Below are positions 13,027 through 27,412 of a stretch of 63,295 bases of DNA, in pieces. The stretch is from positions 31,911,953-31,975,247 of the forward strand of contig NC_068984.1 in assembly GCF_001194135.2 (NCBI RefSeq), written 5' to 3'. The notes under the pieces are model-generated. The model was not told where the DNA came from. It did no database searches and saw only the letters and a list, made by a program, of their open reading frames with translations. Each line of letters begins with the position of its first letter. Position 1 is the stretch's first letter. A program made the translations under genes and the position numbers. The DNA comes from Octopus bimaculoides. Its lineage: Eukaryota.

Positions 13027-14319
13027 AAGGCTGATTATTTGTTTGGATCCTAAAACTCTGACAGAAGCAACTCAATGAAAGCTTTTCTTGATGAGAAACT
13101 ACGTAACATATCACAACAAAGTTAAGCCTTGACGTGTATTTCTCCAATCTGGATGTTGAATGTAGATTCTTGCAAGTTGAAATTAATTAGGACAGTAGAT
13201 AGTTATATACTTATAACACACTATTCAAATTGTATACATTCAAAGGAATAATATTTGAATACTTGTTGCTTCTATTATTGTTACAGCCTGTTTTCTCTGA
13301 CATACTTGAATAAACCGCATGAAGAACAAGATAAGAAGATGAATGTTGTCTTGTTAAGGCTACTTGAACAGTTTTAGTTACCTTAAAAGCACACTGAAGC
13401 ACTACAAACAATATTTGATCACATTTTGATATATAGGTGAAATCTCTGAAGCAACATTACAAACAACTTTGTCATGTCTCTTGAGATGGCAAGCTTTGGT
13501 GAAACAAAAGCTATATCATTGAAGCTACAGAAGATATTAGATATGTATTGACTGATACAGGTCTCATGATTAATCATGGAATTCATAATCATCATCATCA
13601 TCATTACCATCACTTACATTCATTCTTCGGTTCTGGTGTGGATTGCACAGAACTTTTTACAGCAGTGTTATATAGCAAGATGCCCATTTCAACAGAATCA
13701 TTTTACTTACCTCTTACAAAGCATAGGGTTACAGTGTACTTATTTAAAGAAGCCTGGTTATACACAAATATAGAAATTAAAGATGATATATGAAATACCT
13801 GAACAATTGAAGATGTAATAGTTTTAAGAGGAAATATATTTCACTGGAAAATACATTCCTATCTTGTCATTTGTCAAAACCTCTTCAAAAGTATTCATGA
13901 AAAATAACGTACTCTTTACTCAAGGATACATAGACATAAACATTTGTCTTTGACTGTTTATCAGCTTCTTGAAATTAATCAGAGGAAAATCCTTGTATTC
14001 CAGAAGTTGCTACATGAACTTCAGGATTATTAGCTATGTTTTTAGTATATGTGAGACGAGGAGTTTTGTGTAGCAGAAAAACAGGTCGCAACTATCACAA
14101 CATTCAGATTATGCTAGCAGCATTGGAAAATAAAATGAAATCAACAGAAACACAAACAATTATCTGATATTAAAACAAATGATGTCATTGGTCAGTGAAT
14201 GGTTCGCTTGTCAGTTTTTCTGAACAATCACAAAATGTCAGTCCTTTCTAACATTTGAGGCAGGGGTAATTGTTGGTTAGCTCTGTGATCAAAAACATTT
14301 TGGCCATGACCATCAACAT

Positions 14320-14440
14320 CATCATCATCATTTTATTCCCATTTTACATGCTGGCATGGGTTGGACGTTTTCACAGGAGCTGGCTATCTGAAGAGCTATC
14401 CAGACTCCAATTGTGTATTGTGGCATGGTTTCTATGGTGT
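14320..14440 (-). mobile_element. RTE-tailed SINE tail fragment
   Basis: (cat)n...catgctggcatgggttggacg...ccagactccaattgt. Confidence 0.6.
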
Positions 14441-17165
14441 TTTTTTATATTTTAGGGAATACATTATACAATATGCTTTTCCTTTTTAAAGGTGGCTGGA
14501 GGTGATCTGAGTGAGATTTGGTTAATATTTCTAGAAGATGAAGCAAGAGTATAGAGATCCTTTATTGGTTTCTCAAGTTGCTTAATACTGGATGGTGATA
14601 CACAAATTATCCTCTCCTTTATGGAATTCGTGGAATCACTTGGGTATTGAAAATTATTAATAGAGTGCAAACTTCAAGAGACAGTAGTACTGGCTGTATG
14701 AACTATGTAAAAAAAAATGAAGAAACTATTAGTGCTAAATCAAGAGCATTTTTTTTTTTTAAATGAAGTTCCAAATTACATACTTTCCAAAATAGGTTTT
14801 ACATTGCATCTCAGTGAGGGCAATTACTTAATTACATTTGACTACTATTCATTATTTATAAAAATGTATTAATTGGGAAACACTGTAAATAAATAGTGAT
14901 CAGGCAATGTAAATTACAATTCTTGCGATGTAGTGTTTCTAACATATTTATTAACAATTAAAGAATTTGTTCTCTCTGAACAGAGAATGTCAAATTCTCA
15001 TTACTTACTTTCAATGTGCTGTCTGTGTATCTACTAAAACTTGAAAAAGGCTTATCTGAACAATACAGACCTCCTTCTGTTCTCCTTCTTTTTTATATGA
15101 ATATTCAAATGTTCAACAACAAGTTTCTTAGTTTAGAGTTTCAGGGAGAGAAAATCAAGATATTTTTATGAACATCAAACGAGTTACCAGCAACTAAAAG
15201 TATTTCTAAAACAAAGAGATTACATCAAAAAGACCTACATACATTCATCTATCATTTGGTCAACATGCTGGAGAAATAATAGGGAATATCTGGAGACAAT
15301 ACTAAACTTTGTATCCTGATCAGAATCTTTTAAACTTGTTTAGTAAATTGAACCTCACAGTGTATTAGAACAGGGCTAATATTTCCAACTAAACAAATGG
15401 AAAATTGGATGATAGTCATATGAACTTGGGTTAGCACATCAAGTTAAGGAGGTTAGGACATTCTGAATGGAACCGTTGCAAAATTACTGCTATATACAGA
15501 GAAAAGAAAACTCAGTGGTCAAGCTATTTGTAAACCAATAGATCTCTAACACTATCAGAAATGAAACCAGTTTTCACAAACTGGCCTCAGTTATAAGATA
15601 AAGCAATTGTATTTCCATATTATTCAAGTGTGAAGTGAATTATCTCATAATGAATTTAATTTCAATCTAATTCTAAATCTATTGATATCAAGTAAGTTGA
15701 TCTGTAAATAAATATTGAAACACTATCTTTTTTTCATGTTTAATTTGATTTCAATAATCATTAATTATATAAATCAAATCTGATGCATTTGAATTTACAT
15801 GTATATTAATTTCCAGTTATACGATAGATTGATGAAAGGAAAGTGATGTAACATGTAATTTAATACTTATCTTTTATAATGAGTGTTACAACATCGCCAT
15901 GATTGCAAAGCATTGTAAAGATGTTCTGAATACTTGAATAAAAATGTTATAACTGTATTGAGTTGACATTATAGATGTAACAATGAAAAAATTACAAAAA
16001 AAAGAAAGAAAACAATAGACATAACTAAATTTATTTAGTACTGATAATTCAAACATTTAAAATAAGTTACTTTAGAAATATTGAAAGTATAGAGAGAAAA
16101 CTACAGAGAGCATACAAAATAGAATAACAGCTTACATTGATCATAGAAGAAATCTAGATATATGAAGTTCTTTGAATGTAAGTATATTGAATTGTGATGT
16201 ATGTATGTTATTGTTGTTATATATCTCCAATTCAAACTTGACTGAGCAGAGCTATATTAAAAGATATTCTCACTATAACAATCCTTCAGCTTAGGGTTAC
16301 CTACGAACATTACTTGACCTTTTTGATGATAGAGAGTGATTCAAGGGATGTAAGGCAGCTATTTCTATAAAAGATTAAGACATTTTTGCTGGCTTGTTTA
16401 AAGTAGGTATAAGTAATTAATAGAGTGGAATCGGTTTAAAAGTGTTAAATTTGTTCCATTACATGAGCAGACAACACCCATGAACAAAGAAGAAGAATAT
16501 GATAAAAAAGACACTCTTTCAGAGTATTGTTCAAATCCAAAATTAGAAATAAGAGTCAAATCACACTGTTTCATCCTAGAAAAAGAAAGACACATTGAAT
16601 GATGTAGCCCTAGATGAACTATGTCTGAAAAATAAAAAGTCAGTATCATAATAGCTGGAATATAGTTGATTCTTACTTGAGGTTAAAAAACAAGTAACCA
16701 ATTCCAAACCTTGGAGTAAGTAACAAGTAATTACAGGTTGTACTGTTACTGATTTACAACAAATACCAAAATGTAAAGCAGGTTGCTAGCTATTGCTGGA
16801 CTGAAAATATGACCAATTACATCTAAGAGATACTTCTAACAAGGGGAAAATACCTGCATGTCCTGCATTGTGAAAACAATAAATATCTGAAAATTTTTCT
16901 GTCATGCAGTTTCCTATAAGGTGAAACCTATTTTCCCATTAATTTCCATTTTACCTGGAATTCAAGGAATGGAGAAGTCAAAAGAAAAATGTGTTTCATA
17001 TTACAGAATTCCAGGATAACACAAGATTTTTATGAATGCAATGCTTTAATGTTGGGAATGTCAGCAGCTGAAGGTGTTAAAGGTGCCCTTGTCATGATGA
17101 CAATGTAGTCAGTGCAAAATACAGCACTCCTCCACTTGAAACAGAAATACTTTATAACAAAAATA

Positions 17166-18764
17166 TACTGTTTCCTTTTATCATGCAAGTCAATCATTCC
17201 TCAATAAAATCAAAACCCCCTTGTTAGATTTTCTTAAAATGTTTACTGGATATGTAGGATTATGTATCCCATGTCTTGTATACTTGTTGTCTAAATCGGT
17301 GTTCATTTAAAGCAGAAATTAAGAAGAACTCGTTTATAGGGTGTTTCTTTTTATTATGCAAGTTAACAAGACAGTGTTTTCTCCCATGTGATATGAGATT
17401 TTGAAATGTTTTTTTTTTCTTAATTTCAGATACAGGAAATATAGAAGTGGGTTGAAGTAAAGATATAAAATCAAAGGAGAAGAAAGAAATATTTAAAGTG
17501 CTGGGAGAAGGGGATACAACAACTGTAATTTCTAAAAAGCTAAATAGAGATCACAGAACAAAAAAAACAAAAAACAGGTACAAAATATTGAGAGAATAAG
17601 AATAAGGAAGAAAATGGGTTTCAAGAACAACACATATAGAGATAAGAGAAAACTCAAAAGAATTATATGCAAGAAAAGTGGGTTAACCAGCACACAAATC
17701 TTTGAAGAAACAGGAATCACTAACATAGAAAGGGAAAAATGTTGCACAATACTAAAAGAAATAGGCAAAGTCATAAATTTTGCAAAATTGCCTTCTTTAA
17801 ATAAAGAATACAAAGAAAAAAGAGTGACCTGGGGAAAAAAATTTTTTACTGACGAGTGCAGAGCAACATTATCCGGACCTGATGGATGGGCAAGAGGCTA
17901 GGTGTTACATGGAAAAAGTCAAACAACACGATTAAGAAGACAGTAATGGGGTGGAGGAATCATGTTTTGGGCTGGTGTAGTTGGAGGAGACAGTATAGGT
18001 CCGTTTAAGATTGCTGATAGAGTGAAAATAAATTATTGCAAGTTTCTAGATGAGAATTATTGCAAGTTTCTCGATGACAACTTCTTCCATTGGTACAAGC
18101 CAACATCACGAAGTTTCAAGTTAAAGAGCATATAATGATAATGTCCCTTCACACTCTTCCAAACTCACTATTAACCATTTAGCTAAGAAAGGTTTCAAAG
18201 AACATGAGATAATGGAATGCCCTACCCAGTCTCCAGATCCATACCCAATAGAGAATTTGTGGTTAATTATTAAAAAAGAAGTACATTCTAATGGTAAACA
18301 ATATCCAAACAAGTATTTACTATGGGAAGCAATAAAAACTGCTGCAAGTAATATTAAATGAGAGATGTCGAGAAATTGACAAAATCAGATGATGAGAGAA
18401 TATTTAAAGTTATGGATGGTAAAGGAGGCTATATAAAAATGTAAAATATATACATAATTGTTTGTAAATACAATTATATGGTGGAAGATATACGTATACA
18501 TTAATGATCTGGTTATATATAGTCCTATATGTAAATCACATTACATGTAGTTCATATATTTGTTAACTTGCATAATAAAAAGAAACATCCTATAAACATG
18601 TTTTTCTTTATTTCCTGTTTAAACGTACTCCAATTTAGGCAAAAAGTACATGAGACATGGGGTATGTAATCCTACATATCCCGTCAAAATGTCAAGAAAA
18701 TCAGACAAGGAGTTTTGATTTTATTGAGGAATGATTGACCTGCATAATAAAAAGAATCATAGTG
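17166..18764 (+). mobile_element. Full-length decayed Tc1-like DNA transposon, DD37E, IR/DR-type TIRs
   Basis: TA at 17164-65 and 18765-66; ~203-bp TIRs (17166-17368 / 18561-18764), each with two copies of ttt(c)ttttattatgcaagt; transposase remnants FTDECRATLSGPDGW, GGGIMFWAGVV, DNVPSH and SPDPYPIENLW. Confidence 0.92.
17430..18445 (+). pseudogene. Disrupted DD37E transposase
   Basis: D at 17851, D at 18137, E at 18251 (114 nt apart, 37 intervening residues); stops, frameshifts and a 24-bp internal duplication at ~18031-18078. Confidence 0.88.
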
Positions 18765-19199
18765 TACTAATGAAACAAGAATTATTATATTGATAAAAGC
18801 AATTTCTTTGATTAAAAGAGACAAGGTATTCCCACTTTGAAATAAATAAAAAAAATGTATAGAACAAGCTTTTTCACAGAGAGCAGGTGATAGAATGATG
18901 GAAACATCTTTCAAAATAACACTTTATCAAATTACTTGGATTTCCGGTGGACTTTCTTGAATTTAACAGTCATTGCTATCACACTTAATATGACAATCAA
19001 GGACATTGTAATCAATCAAGACTTTATCAGCATTCAGGAGAGGTGAACACTAAATCTACTTAAGCTAGACAGTGGGATCGTTCCAATTCTCAAAATCTTA
19101 AGGGGATTGACTACCCTAAAATCTCAATTAAATTATAAATGGATATAGAAAAGTAGTAAAGGAGATTCTGCAATGCAGATAGAGTCTTCATTGATTAAA

Positions 19200-19750
19200 T
19201 TTTTCCTACCCATCATATTAAATACAGTTCACTTACTTTACGCACTGCATTCTAAGAAGATATCATCATAAGGTAATATTCCTTGGTCATTTTAGAGTTT
19301 ATATTGTCTCTAAAATACTTGAGTATTTACATTCTTTCTTGTATTACAAACTCAACATAGATGTTGCAGTATAGTTTAAAATTCCTCTGGGATATAGTTT
19401 TGTCATGGATTTTCTTAAGCTCTGATTAAGCACACTTTTCAATGAAAGGGTATTGAGGCTCCTGAGATTTAAACTATAGGTGCTGAAATTTAAACTAGTG
19501 CTCAAATTTTTTCCCAGTCCAGAATCATAACCCAACATATCTTCATAAAAACTAAGTGTTGTCATATAAAGCATTAACATCTCTGTGAATATGGCTTCAT
19601 CAATCAGTACAGGCTGATGATTAATGTGGCAAACTTCAAAGCAAATGTTTATATTTTAAGAATTAATTTACCTTCATGTAGGTTTTTAAGAATATGAAAA
19701 ATATAAATTTCTTATATTGTTCCAGTGTATTACAATGGAACCATTCAGTT
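19200..19750 (-). mobile_element. Degenerate Penelope-like RT fragment (type B)
   Basis: Broken minus-strand motifs DVNALYDN, NYTATSML and YDDIFL (19256-19270), in the order expected for PLE RT. Confidence 0.45.
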
Positions 19751-20160
19751 AACTCAGAGATGAGACTGGAGAAATGAATTCTGAAAGGATTTGAACTCAC
19801 AACTAAAAATACATAAACAATATAGTCGGGATTTCTGGATCAAATAATATACAGAACAAAACTTGTACACTATTTGAATAGTGCATGAACACTTGTAGAA
19901 ATATTAACAGTGATTATAATATCTGTGTGTGTGCGTGTGTGTATACATGCCTGTGTATGCATGCTTGTTTATGTATGTATGCATATATTCACACATATTT
20001 CTCATACACCCTGATGACTGTGTTCAGATTACCCAAGCGAACATACAATAATTAACGTACATATTGTTTCATTTATGCTCCCTTTTAATATCTTTAATAT
20101 AATGGAAACCTCCATTAATTATGATGTTCTCCAACACGTGGATCTCTTTCTCTCCTCATA

Positions 20161-20380
20161 CCTTTAGTATTTAAACTAGCCATATCAGGTCACAATATTC
20201 TACGTGTTCCATGACCAAACCAGCCAGATCTGGCCTCTCAAATCTACCCCACGATATCATGCAAAAATAAACAGTCACATCATTGAAATCTTGACATTAT
20301 GAGATAATGAATGTTTTTTTTTTTAAATGTGAATAAACAAGCATTATTACATTTGACAGAGTAATCTGAATGCTAAAGGA
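20161..20380. mobile_element. piggyBac-like MITE
   Basis: Termini cctttagtatt / aatgctaaagg, with TTAA following the right end. Confidence 0.5.
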
Positions 20381-20419
20381 TTAATGACTACAAGTATATT
20401 GCTCATAAAACTAGACTTA

Positions 20420-21880
20420 CTCTCTTCTGTCAGTCACTAGAATTGGTGCTATTGTTTTTATTGTACTTAATTTGATATTTGTATCCTGCCTTGATTATAG
20501 TGCTAGATTATAGTAGTCTTTATGTTTGTTAAAAAATTTCTTCATTAGATGATGAGAAGTTGATTCTACTTTCTATGTTGGAGGTTAGATTTTTTATAAT
20601 ATTATAAGGATGGTTACTTTGGGCATGTATGTATGTTGTGATATTATTGTTAAGTTTATGGTAAGGCTGATATGATGAAGTATTAAGGTTAAAGTTAATA
20701 TCTCAGAAGTTCACAGAGTTGTTATCTTTTTTAATGATGATGGATAGTCTTTGGTTTTTGAAGAAATTGTGTAATCTTTTTTTGTATAACTCAAGTTTCC
20801 TGTTGGAGGTATTTCTAACTAAGAATAGTGCTTTGTTGCGGTAAAGACTACCTTCCAATTCAGGGAATTCTTCCTTAAGTAAGTGTAAAAGGTAAATTCT
20901 GACTAAATCGGTTACTTCAGTGAAGTTTTGCAAGCTCATAGGTACATCAAAACAGTCTGGAATATCCTTCGTAGTCCAATATTTACCTTGATGAGAGATT
21001 ATAGTTTTTCTATCTTCAATTATTATTTTAATTTCATTCAATGATAATTTAATGCTATTCTTGGCAAAATAAGTGCTTTATTAAGTAATATAAGGTTGAT
21101 AGATTGGTAATAGTTGTCAAGCTGGATAAATTTACACTTGTTCTGATCTTGTATGCTGGTGAACCACATGAGTTTAATTCTAGATTTCAGTAAGTGCAGG
21201 TATTTATCTAAGATAAAGTTGCATAGTTTTCCGATGTCTGATTTGTAGGGGCAGATGAGCCTAACGTTTCTTTGGATCAGTATGAAAATTAGGTTTATGA
21301 TCTTTCAGCTAATGTGAGGCCTAGATGGTTCATAGATTTCAGGAATGTCATCAATTTTATATTCCCTCATTATTTGATTGGCTGTAAAGTTAATAGATTT
21401 TAAAACATCTTTATAATCTTATATTTTTTGTAAATTCTTTGTGTAGGAGCTTATGGTATAGATCTACACCTATATTGCATAGGTTTCTTGTTTCATCAGA
21501 TTGAACGATTATACCTTTTAATTTTTGGAGTTTGTTAACTTTATTCTTCAAATAACGTAGGTGATTATTCTTTAGAACGTTGTTTTTAAACTTGATATTT
21601 CTTAGTAAATTCCATAGGTCATCTTCAAAATTTTCTAATATCCTATTTGCTTGTGGGATTTTCCGGGATTTAAAATTTCTTCTAATATGCATGAGTTCTT
21701 TGTTGGTTTTGCAGTCTAATTTTTCTTCTGTACTATGTTGTTTGTCATAGAAAAGAGCTTTCCATTGCATTCTTCTGGTGAGATCATGGAATTTAGGCAT
21801 TACATCCTTAATGTACTCCTTACAGGTAGGTAAAGAGGTACCCTTAAGAGATGTTTCAATACTAATCTTCTCCATTTTTA
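20420..21880 (-). mobile_element. Penelope-like retroelement, RT region (type A, probably Naiad-related)
   Basis: RRMQWKALF, ENFEDDLWNLLRNIKF, SDETRNL, DHKPNF...KSDIG, FDVPM...EVTDLVRIYLL, LYRNKAL, YIHAQSNHPYNIIK and YYNLAL..GY, collinear with PLE RT. Confidence 0.85.
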
Positions 21881-23399
21881 TTTTTATTAGAAATCGGTTT
21901 TCTTATTAATATAAGGTATATTAATAATGTTAATAGAAGTATATATATGTGAGAAAAGGTTGAGTTCTATTTCATCCTTTACTTTGGAGGGTTCCAAAGG
22001 TCAATTTCTAATAAAGATTTTTCGTATTTCGTTGGTAACTTACTTTTGTAAGAATTTTGCGAATGTGAAAATGCTTCAAGTATAAGGTGTGTTATGAGAA
22101 TTTATAGAACAAGTATCCTATAGAAACTCAACAAACTGTTAAAGATGGAGAAGAGATGTTAAAAATTTGAAATTAATTTAATCCATGCATACAATCATTT
22201 CAAACAGCAATATTAACATGTAAATAACGTGGTAGAAAAATTAGAAATTAATTTAATTAAAATTAAATTAATTACATATTACTGTTCTCCCAGTGTGAAA
22301 AAAGAACACAGAAGAAAAAAAATATTATTATTACTGTTGCAGAAGATTTGATGGAGTGAGTATCACATAACATATTCGGATATACATATTATCCTTATGA
22401 AAGATTAAGCTAAGGTAGTGTTGTTGAGTCTAGTTGTGTATGAACTAAAACTGATGCAGCTAATGGTTATTTGAAAATATAAGTGAAAGATATTTAAGAA
22501 AGATTCCCTCGATATAAAAATAAGTAATTAAGTGATATACACTCTAAATAAGGCATTTATCATAAGAAGTAAAATATAATATATATAAGCGTCCAATGGG
22601 ACAGCATAACTATATTCAAATTAATATTTGATTTGACAGTTATAAGTGATATATAAGAAATATTAAGTATGGTGTATATTTAAAGAAACGATTTTAAAAA
22701 TGAGAATTTCTTGTGTGGAAATAAGAAATAGAAAGTATTTAATATAGTTTTATTTAAGCTACTTGAACTCCAAGTGGAAAATGTATACGGAGTTGTGAGG
22801 GAATACTTAATAGATTTATATAATGGGAAAAAAATTGTTAGTGTAATAACTTATATTCATTTGTGTGGAATCAATATAAGATAAAGAAATCAAGATAAGT
22901 ATAGTTGTTAATTTTACAGAATTAAGAAAGAAAATACTTGCTGTGGCTAAGAATATTGAAAAAATACATTCAATGTTAATGAAGTGTTTTTGAGAGGTTG
23001 AGAAAAAAAATAATAGCAATGTAGGGGAGATAAGGCTGAGACAAAGTCATAAAACTGTTTTTAAAACAAGTTGTACTTTTCTATATTTTATTGGTTGATT
23101 ATCTTTTTGTATAAATAATGAAAAGCACAATATGTGCTGAGAATCTAGCTTGGCATAAAGGAGGTGAGAAGTCTATAGTAGTATTTTATAAATAATTGCC
23201 TAACTTATATAAGGTAATAGTGAATGTAAATACAAGAAAAAGTTTTCTTATTTATTTATGGAGTAATAGGTGTGAAAATAAGTATATTAAAAAATATGAG
23301 AAGTAATGCATGCATAAAAAATCCTATAAAAGAAAAGAATATTGTTTTGTATATATATATTGGAAGTTCATAGTTTTGTCAATTTTCATGTCACACCAG

Positions 23400-23499
23400 C
23401 AAAAGTCTTCTTGGGCTGATAGGTTGGAGTAGTGCAGTGCAAGATACACCCACTGAAAATTATTCACCTGCACTGGTACTTCTTGTATACCAAATCTTG
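23400..23499 (+). CDS. Candidate internal exon of an unknown gene (KSLLGLIGWSSAVQDTPTENYSPALVLLVYQIL)
   Basis: Acceptor ttttcatgtcacaccAG, donor ttg|GTAAAA, open frame, GC-richer than flanks; no homology recognised. Confidence 0.3.
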
Positions 23500-24835
23500 G
23501 TAAAATCATTGAATTGGTTGGCAGGAACCTAAAAATGCACATCTAAATCATACATACATACATATGTACATACATACATATATATATATATATTATACAT
23601 ACATAATACTTTTACAAGCAGCTGGGGACAGTGACATAGATGATTTGGTCATTCCCGTTTCTTGTTAAATTATAATAAATATGCACTTTATAAAAAGTAT
23701 TGAGTATTTCTTCAATTTAATGTTAAACTGCTTTCATTATAACTCAACATAAAAATAAGCATTAATGTGCATGTGTGTGTGTATACACATATATGTAGAG
23801 AGAGTGGAGAAAACAGATGTGTGTATGTGTATGTTTGTGCAAAGAAATACTAACTTCAAATTGTAAATTTAAATTACTATGAACGTACATATAACAAAAA
23901 TACACACAAGTTGCTTGTACATAATATTTTATGCAGAAAATATATAATTAAATACAATATATGAAAATTATTGGAGTACGGATACAGATAAGTGGTGTAT
24001 ACAAACATTTATAGACATATATATATATATGCATATGAATGTTTTCTACGTCTATATAAACATTAATTCTATATGTCCATAATTCAATTAAAATAATACA
24101 GACATGGTTTGCAATGTATGAAACATAGATATTTGCTGATATCTACCAATGTACGTATGTGTGTGTGTGTATGTACGTATTTATGTATGTATGTATGTAT
24201 GTATGTATTTATCTATCTGTCTGTCTATTTATCTATCTGTTTCAGCCAGTCTGTCTCTCTCTGACTCTCTCTGTCTCTCTCTCCCTCTCTATCTATTTAT
24301 CTTTATACAGACATATGCAAACAGACACACACACACATATTTATATACTGAAAGAGAAAGACAGAGAGAGAATAGGGAGAGAAATATAGATATATACAAT
24401 ATACATATAAATGCGTATACATATATATTTGGGAATACATATATTAATACATGATTTAGAGTGATAAATTCAGAAAGCAGTATAAAATGATGTTTCCTAC
24501 TGATTCATATATCCTCAAAAGCATAATCGTATACAATATGATGAATAAATATGTGCATTGACAGACATATATACATCTGGGTTAATTTCAAGAGGCTGAA
24601 GTGTCTAAGGAATTGGAGATAACTATGTAAGCTGAAACAAATGTGTTCAATTTTTTGTCTGGTTAATTTAAGGATACTGAATAGAATAGTGCTTGTTTAT
24701 AAGATGGAAATGAAGAAAAATTCGAAGCTGTGCTGTTGGAATTTGTATTCCTTTTTATATCTTTTATATCATACTTGTTTCAGTCATTAGACTATGATCC
24801 TGCTGGGGCATCACCTTGAACAGGTCCTTTTAGAC

Positions 24836-24960
24836 CATGGTGTCAAACTCATTTTAGTTTACATGCCACATATTGATCCGATTTGATCTCAAGTGAGCCA
24901 GACCAGTAAAATCATGGCATAATAACATATAAATAGCAATTTAAAATTTTTCCCTTTGTT
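24836..24960 (+). mobile_element. hAT/Charlie-like terminus fragment
   Basis: catggtgtcaaactcatttt resembles cagggg-tgtcaaact hAT termini; the opposite end was not found. Confidence 0.35.
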
Positions 24961-25049
24961 TTAATATAAAAAAGTTCATTCTGAAAATATTCATGTTTAA
25001 AAAACAATTTTTTTTTTTTTTTTGCAAAACATTGAACAAGTTGTTGCAG

Positions 25050-26100
25050 TGCCTTGTAAATTGTATACAGTTACTTAGCTGAAGTATACTATGTTTTGGG
25101 GGTAATACTGATTGCTTAGTAGGTAATTTAGTGCATCATGTGCAGGACCCATCGTTTGTTTTATGTTGAAAGTCTGCTTCAGTATGCTTGATGTCTGACA
25201 ATGATTGTGTGAAATTAAGTTCATAAGTTAGGGGGATCTTTGGAATGAGTGTGGCGACCTGGCTATTGAATAGAGGATTATACCATATGAGTGAATTTCT
25301 CCTTTTTTGTTATTTGCTATGCTTTTTTTTAACCTGTTCAGTTTGAAAGCCTCATTCTTGGTGAGCTCTATGTTAACCAAACATGCTTTAATGTGTGGTA
25401 ATACTGTAATCTAAGAGATATGCTTTGGAACTGGTATTGAGTAACTGAGAATAGCTGGCTGGATGAGTTGCATATATAGTTTACAGTTTTATGTGGTTGC
25501 TCCTGGGTGAGTAATGAGAGCTACTTAAGTTTAGGGAACATCAACGAAGTCTATGCTCTTGAGGTGTCTTTTATCAATAATATTCAGAATGAATTATTTA
25601 AGGAGTGTTTCATGCTCTCTGTGAAGTTTTCAACAGCTCTAGCGTTTGTAATGTTATGAGCATTTCTCCTCATCCTAATAATGTTAGCAGTAGAAAATTT
25701 GGATTGTATTTTATGTAAGCATATTCATCTAGGCTGAATCACAAGTGCCCATGCTGATGTCAAGGACTTCATCTAAGTCACTTTTTATCCAGATGTTGTC
25801 TATAAATATACTTCTAATTTTCTGATTTTAATAGTCTACTGATATGAAACTACGTGTTTTTAAAACTTGTGCAATGGGTTTCCCCAATAAAAGTAAATAT
25901 TCTATTTAGTTTTCTTTCACCTAGGTTTACCCAAACCATATGTATCACCAGGTGGTATTTATACACATTTTCAGCTGGATATTCTGATTAAAGCTATCTG
26001 ACAACATCCAAAGTGTCTTCGCATGACGTACCACTTCTTACATTGACATGGTGTTAGCCCACATTAAGGGAGATAACTTTCATAAGAGCTAAGATAATAG
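25050..26100 (-). mobile_element. Second type A Penelope-like fragment, more decayed
   Basis: Minus-strand remnants DISMGTCDSA, SIDFVDV, SNH and KRRNSLIWYNPLFNSQVAT. Confidence 0.7.
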
Positions 26101-27286
26101 ATGAATCCACGAATTAAAGAAAAATAGGAAAAGAGGGTTAAATTGGAATAAGTCAGACTTGCAAGTAAATCATTTTGCACTCTTTAGCATCAGCATTTTA
26201 CATCGCGTATTAATATTCAAATGTCCAAATAAGATAGGTTGGAATGAGACAGGATATGAGTGAATAAGATAGAGTTAATAGAATAAGAGGAAAACTATAG
26301 ACTAAGCATTAAATAATACATAAATAAATGAATGAATAAATGGAATAGCCAAAGGGAGTTATGTAGCTATACCATTTAATCATTATCCTATTTATATATT
26401 CATTTATTCATATTTATTTATTCATTAATCATTTATTTATTCATCAATTACTTACCGCTTATCATATATCCTATTTTATATACAGTATTCTATTTACTCC
26501 GTCCCATCTGTTTTATGCCTTTATTTATCCTTTCTCGATACATCCAACTACACTATATTCAAGCAGTTTTATTTGATTAAACATCATCATCATCATCTTT
26601 ATCCTTGTCTAGTGAGCACATTGCATCCTTATGGACATAAGCTGTTTTGAGTTTGCTGTATTTTGAGGTTACTTTTAATTCACTCGAAGAGACCACCATA
26701 GCATATTGGAGCTCTAGATGAAACTTTGAAATCTGAAGGCACTGCTAAAATAACAAAACATACCCATCTCTTTCTACGTTCAAACCACTGGCCAGGACAC
26801 TTATTTCATTTATCAATCCCCCACCACCAAAAACAATGCAAAGCACAACTGACCTCTACGAATTTGTATTTAAATCATAGAAAGCTGGAACAAGTAAACA
26901 CCATTAATGAATACATTAGGCATTATAACAACTGAGACAATTTACAGAGAATAGTACAGATGTAAAAGAGTACAGAAGAGTTCACAAATAGTTTTGGTTA
27001 CTCTAACACAAGATTGCATTATCTAACCAATCGTAAAAGCTTATCCTGCTCACCAATTTAGTTGTTGAATATTTCTAATTAGTACTGCAAGCTGGGGTGC
27101 CAAATATGAAATATCATGCCTGGAGAACTTCATCATTCATCTAAATCTAGTTCTAACAAATGAAACTAATTATTTTCAGTTATTTTTAGATTCTTCTTTT
27201 TGATATCAAATACTTTTCCTTCTACTCAATATTTACAAATTAAATTCTGCAATATATTACTTCTTGATGAACTAACATAAATTTAT

Positions 27287-27412
<126 letters not shown>

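Noticed and set aside
16954-17016. 10-bp inverted pair cctggaattc/gaattccagg (and an 11-bp pair near 51145/51458)
   Set aside because: Too short to distinguish from chance
22044-22135. Strong minus-strand acceptor and GTAAGT donor (possible exon, or Sec-recoded TGA)
   Set aside because: All three frames contain stops from either acceptor and no SECIS is evident; at best a non-coding exon
24149-24454. ORFs rich in MYVC/THTH/YIYI (also near 5.5, 11.8, 41.6, 49.2, 58.5 and 62.4 kb)
   Set aside because: Translations of microsatellites or N-gaps
26494-26512. tactccgtcccatctg, resembling a plant Stowaway terminus
   Set aside because: Single short match with no partner TIR
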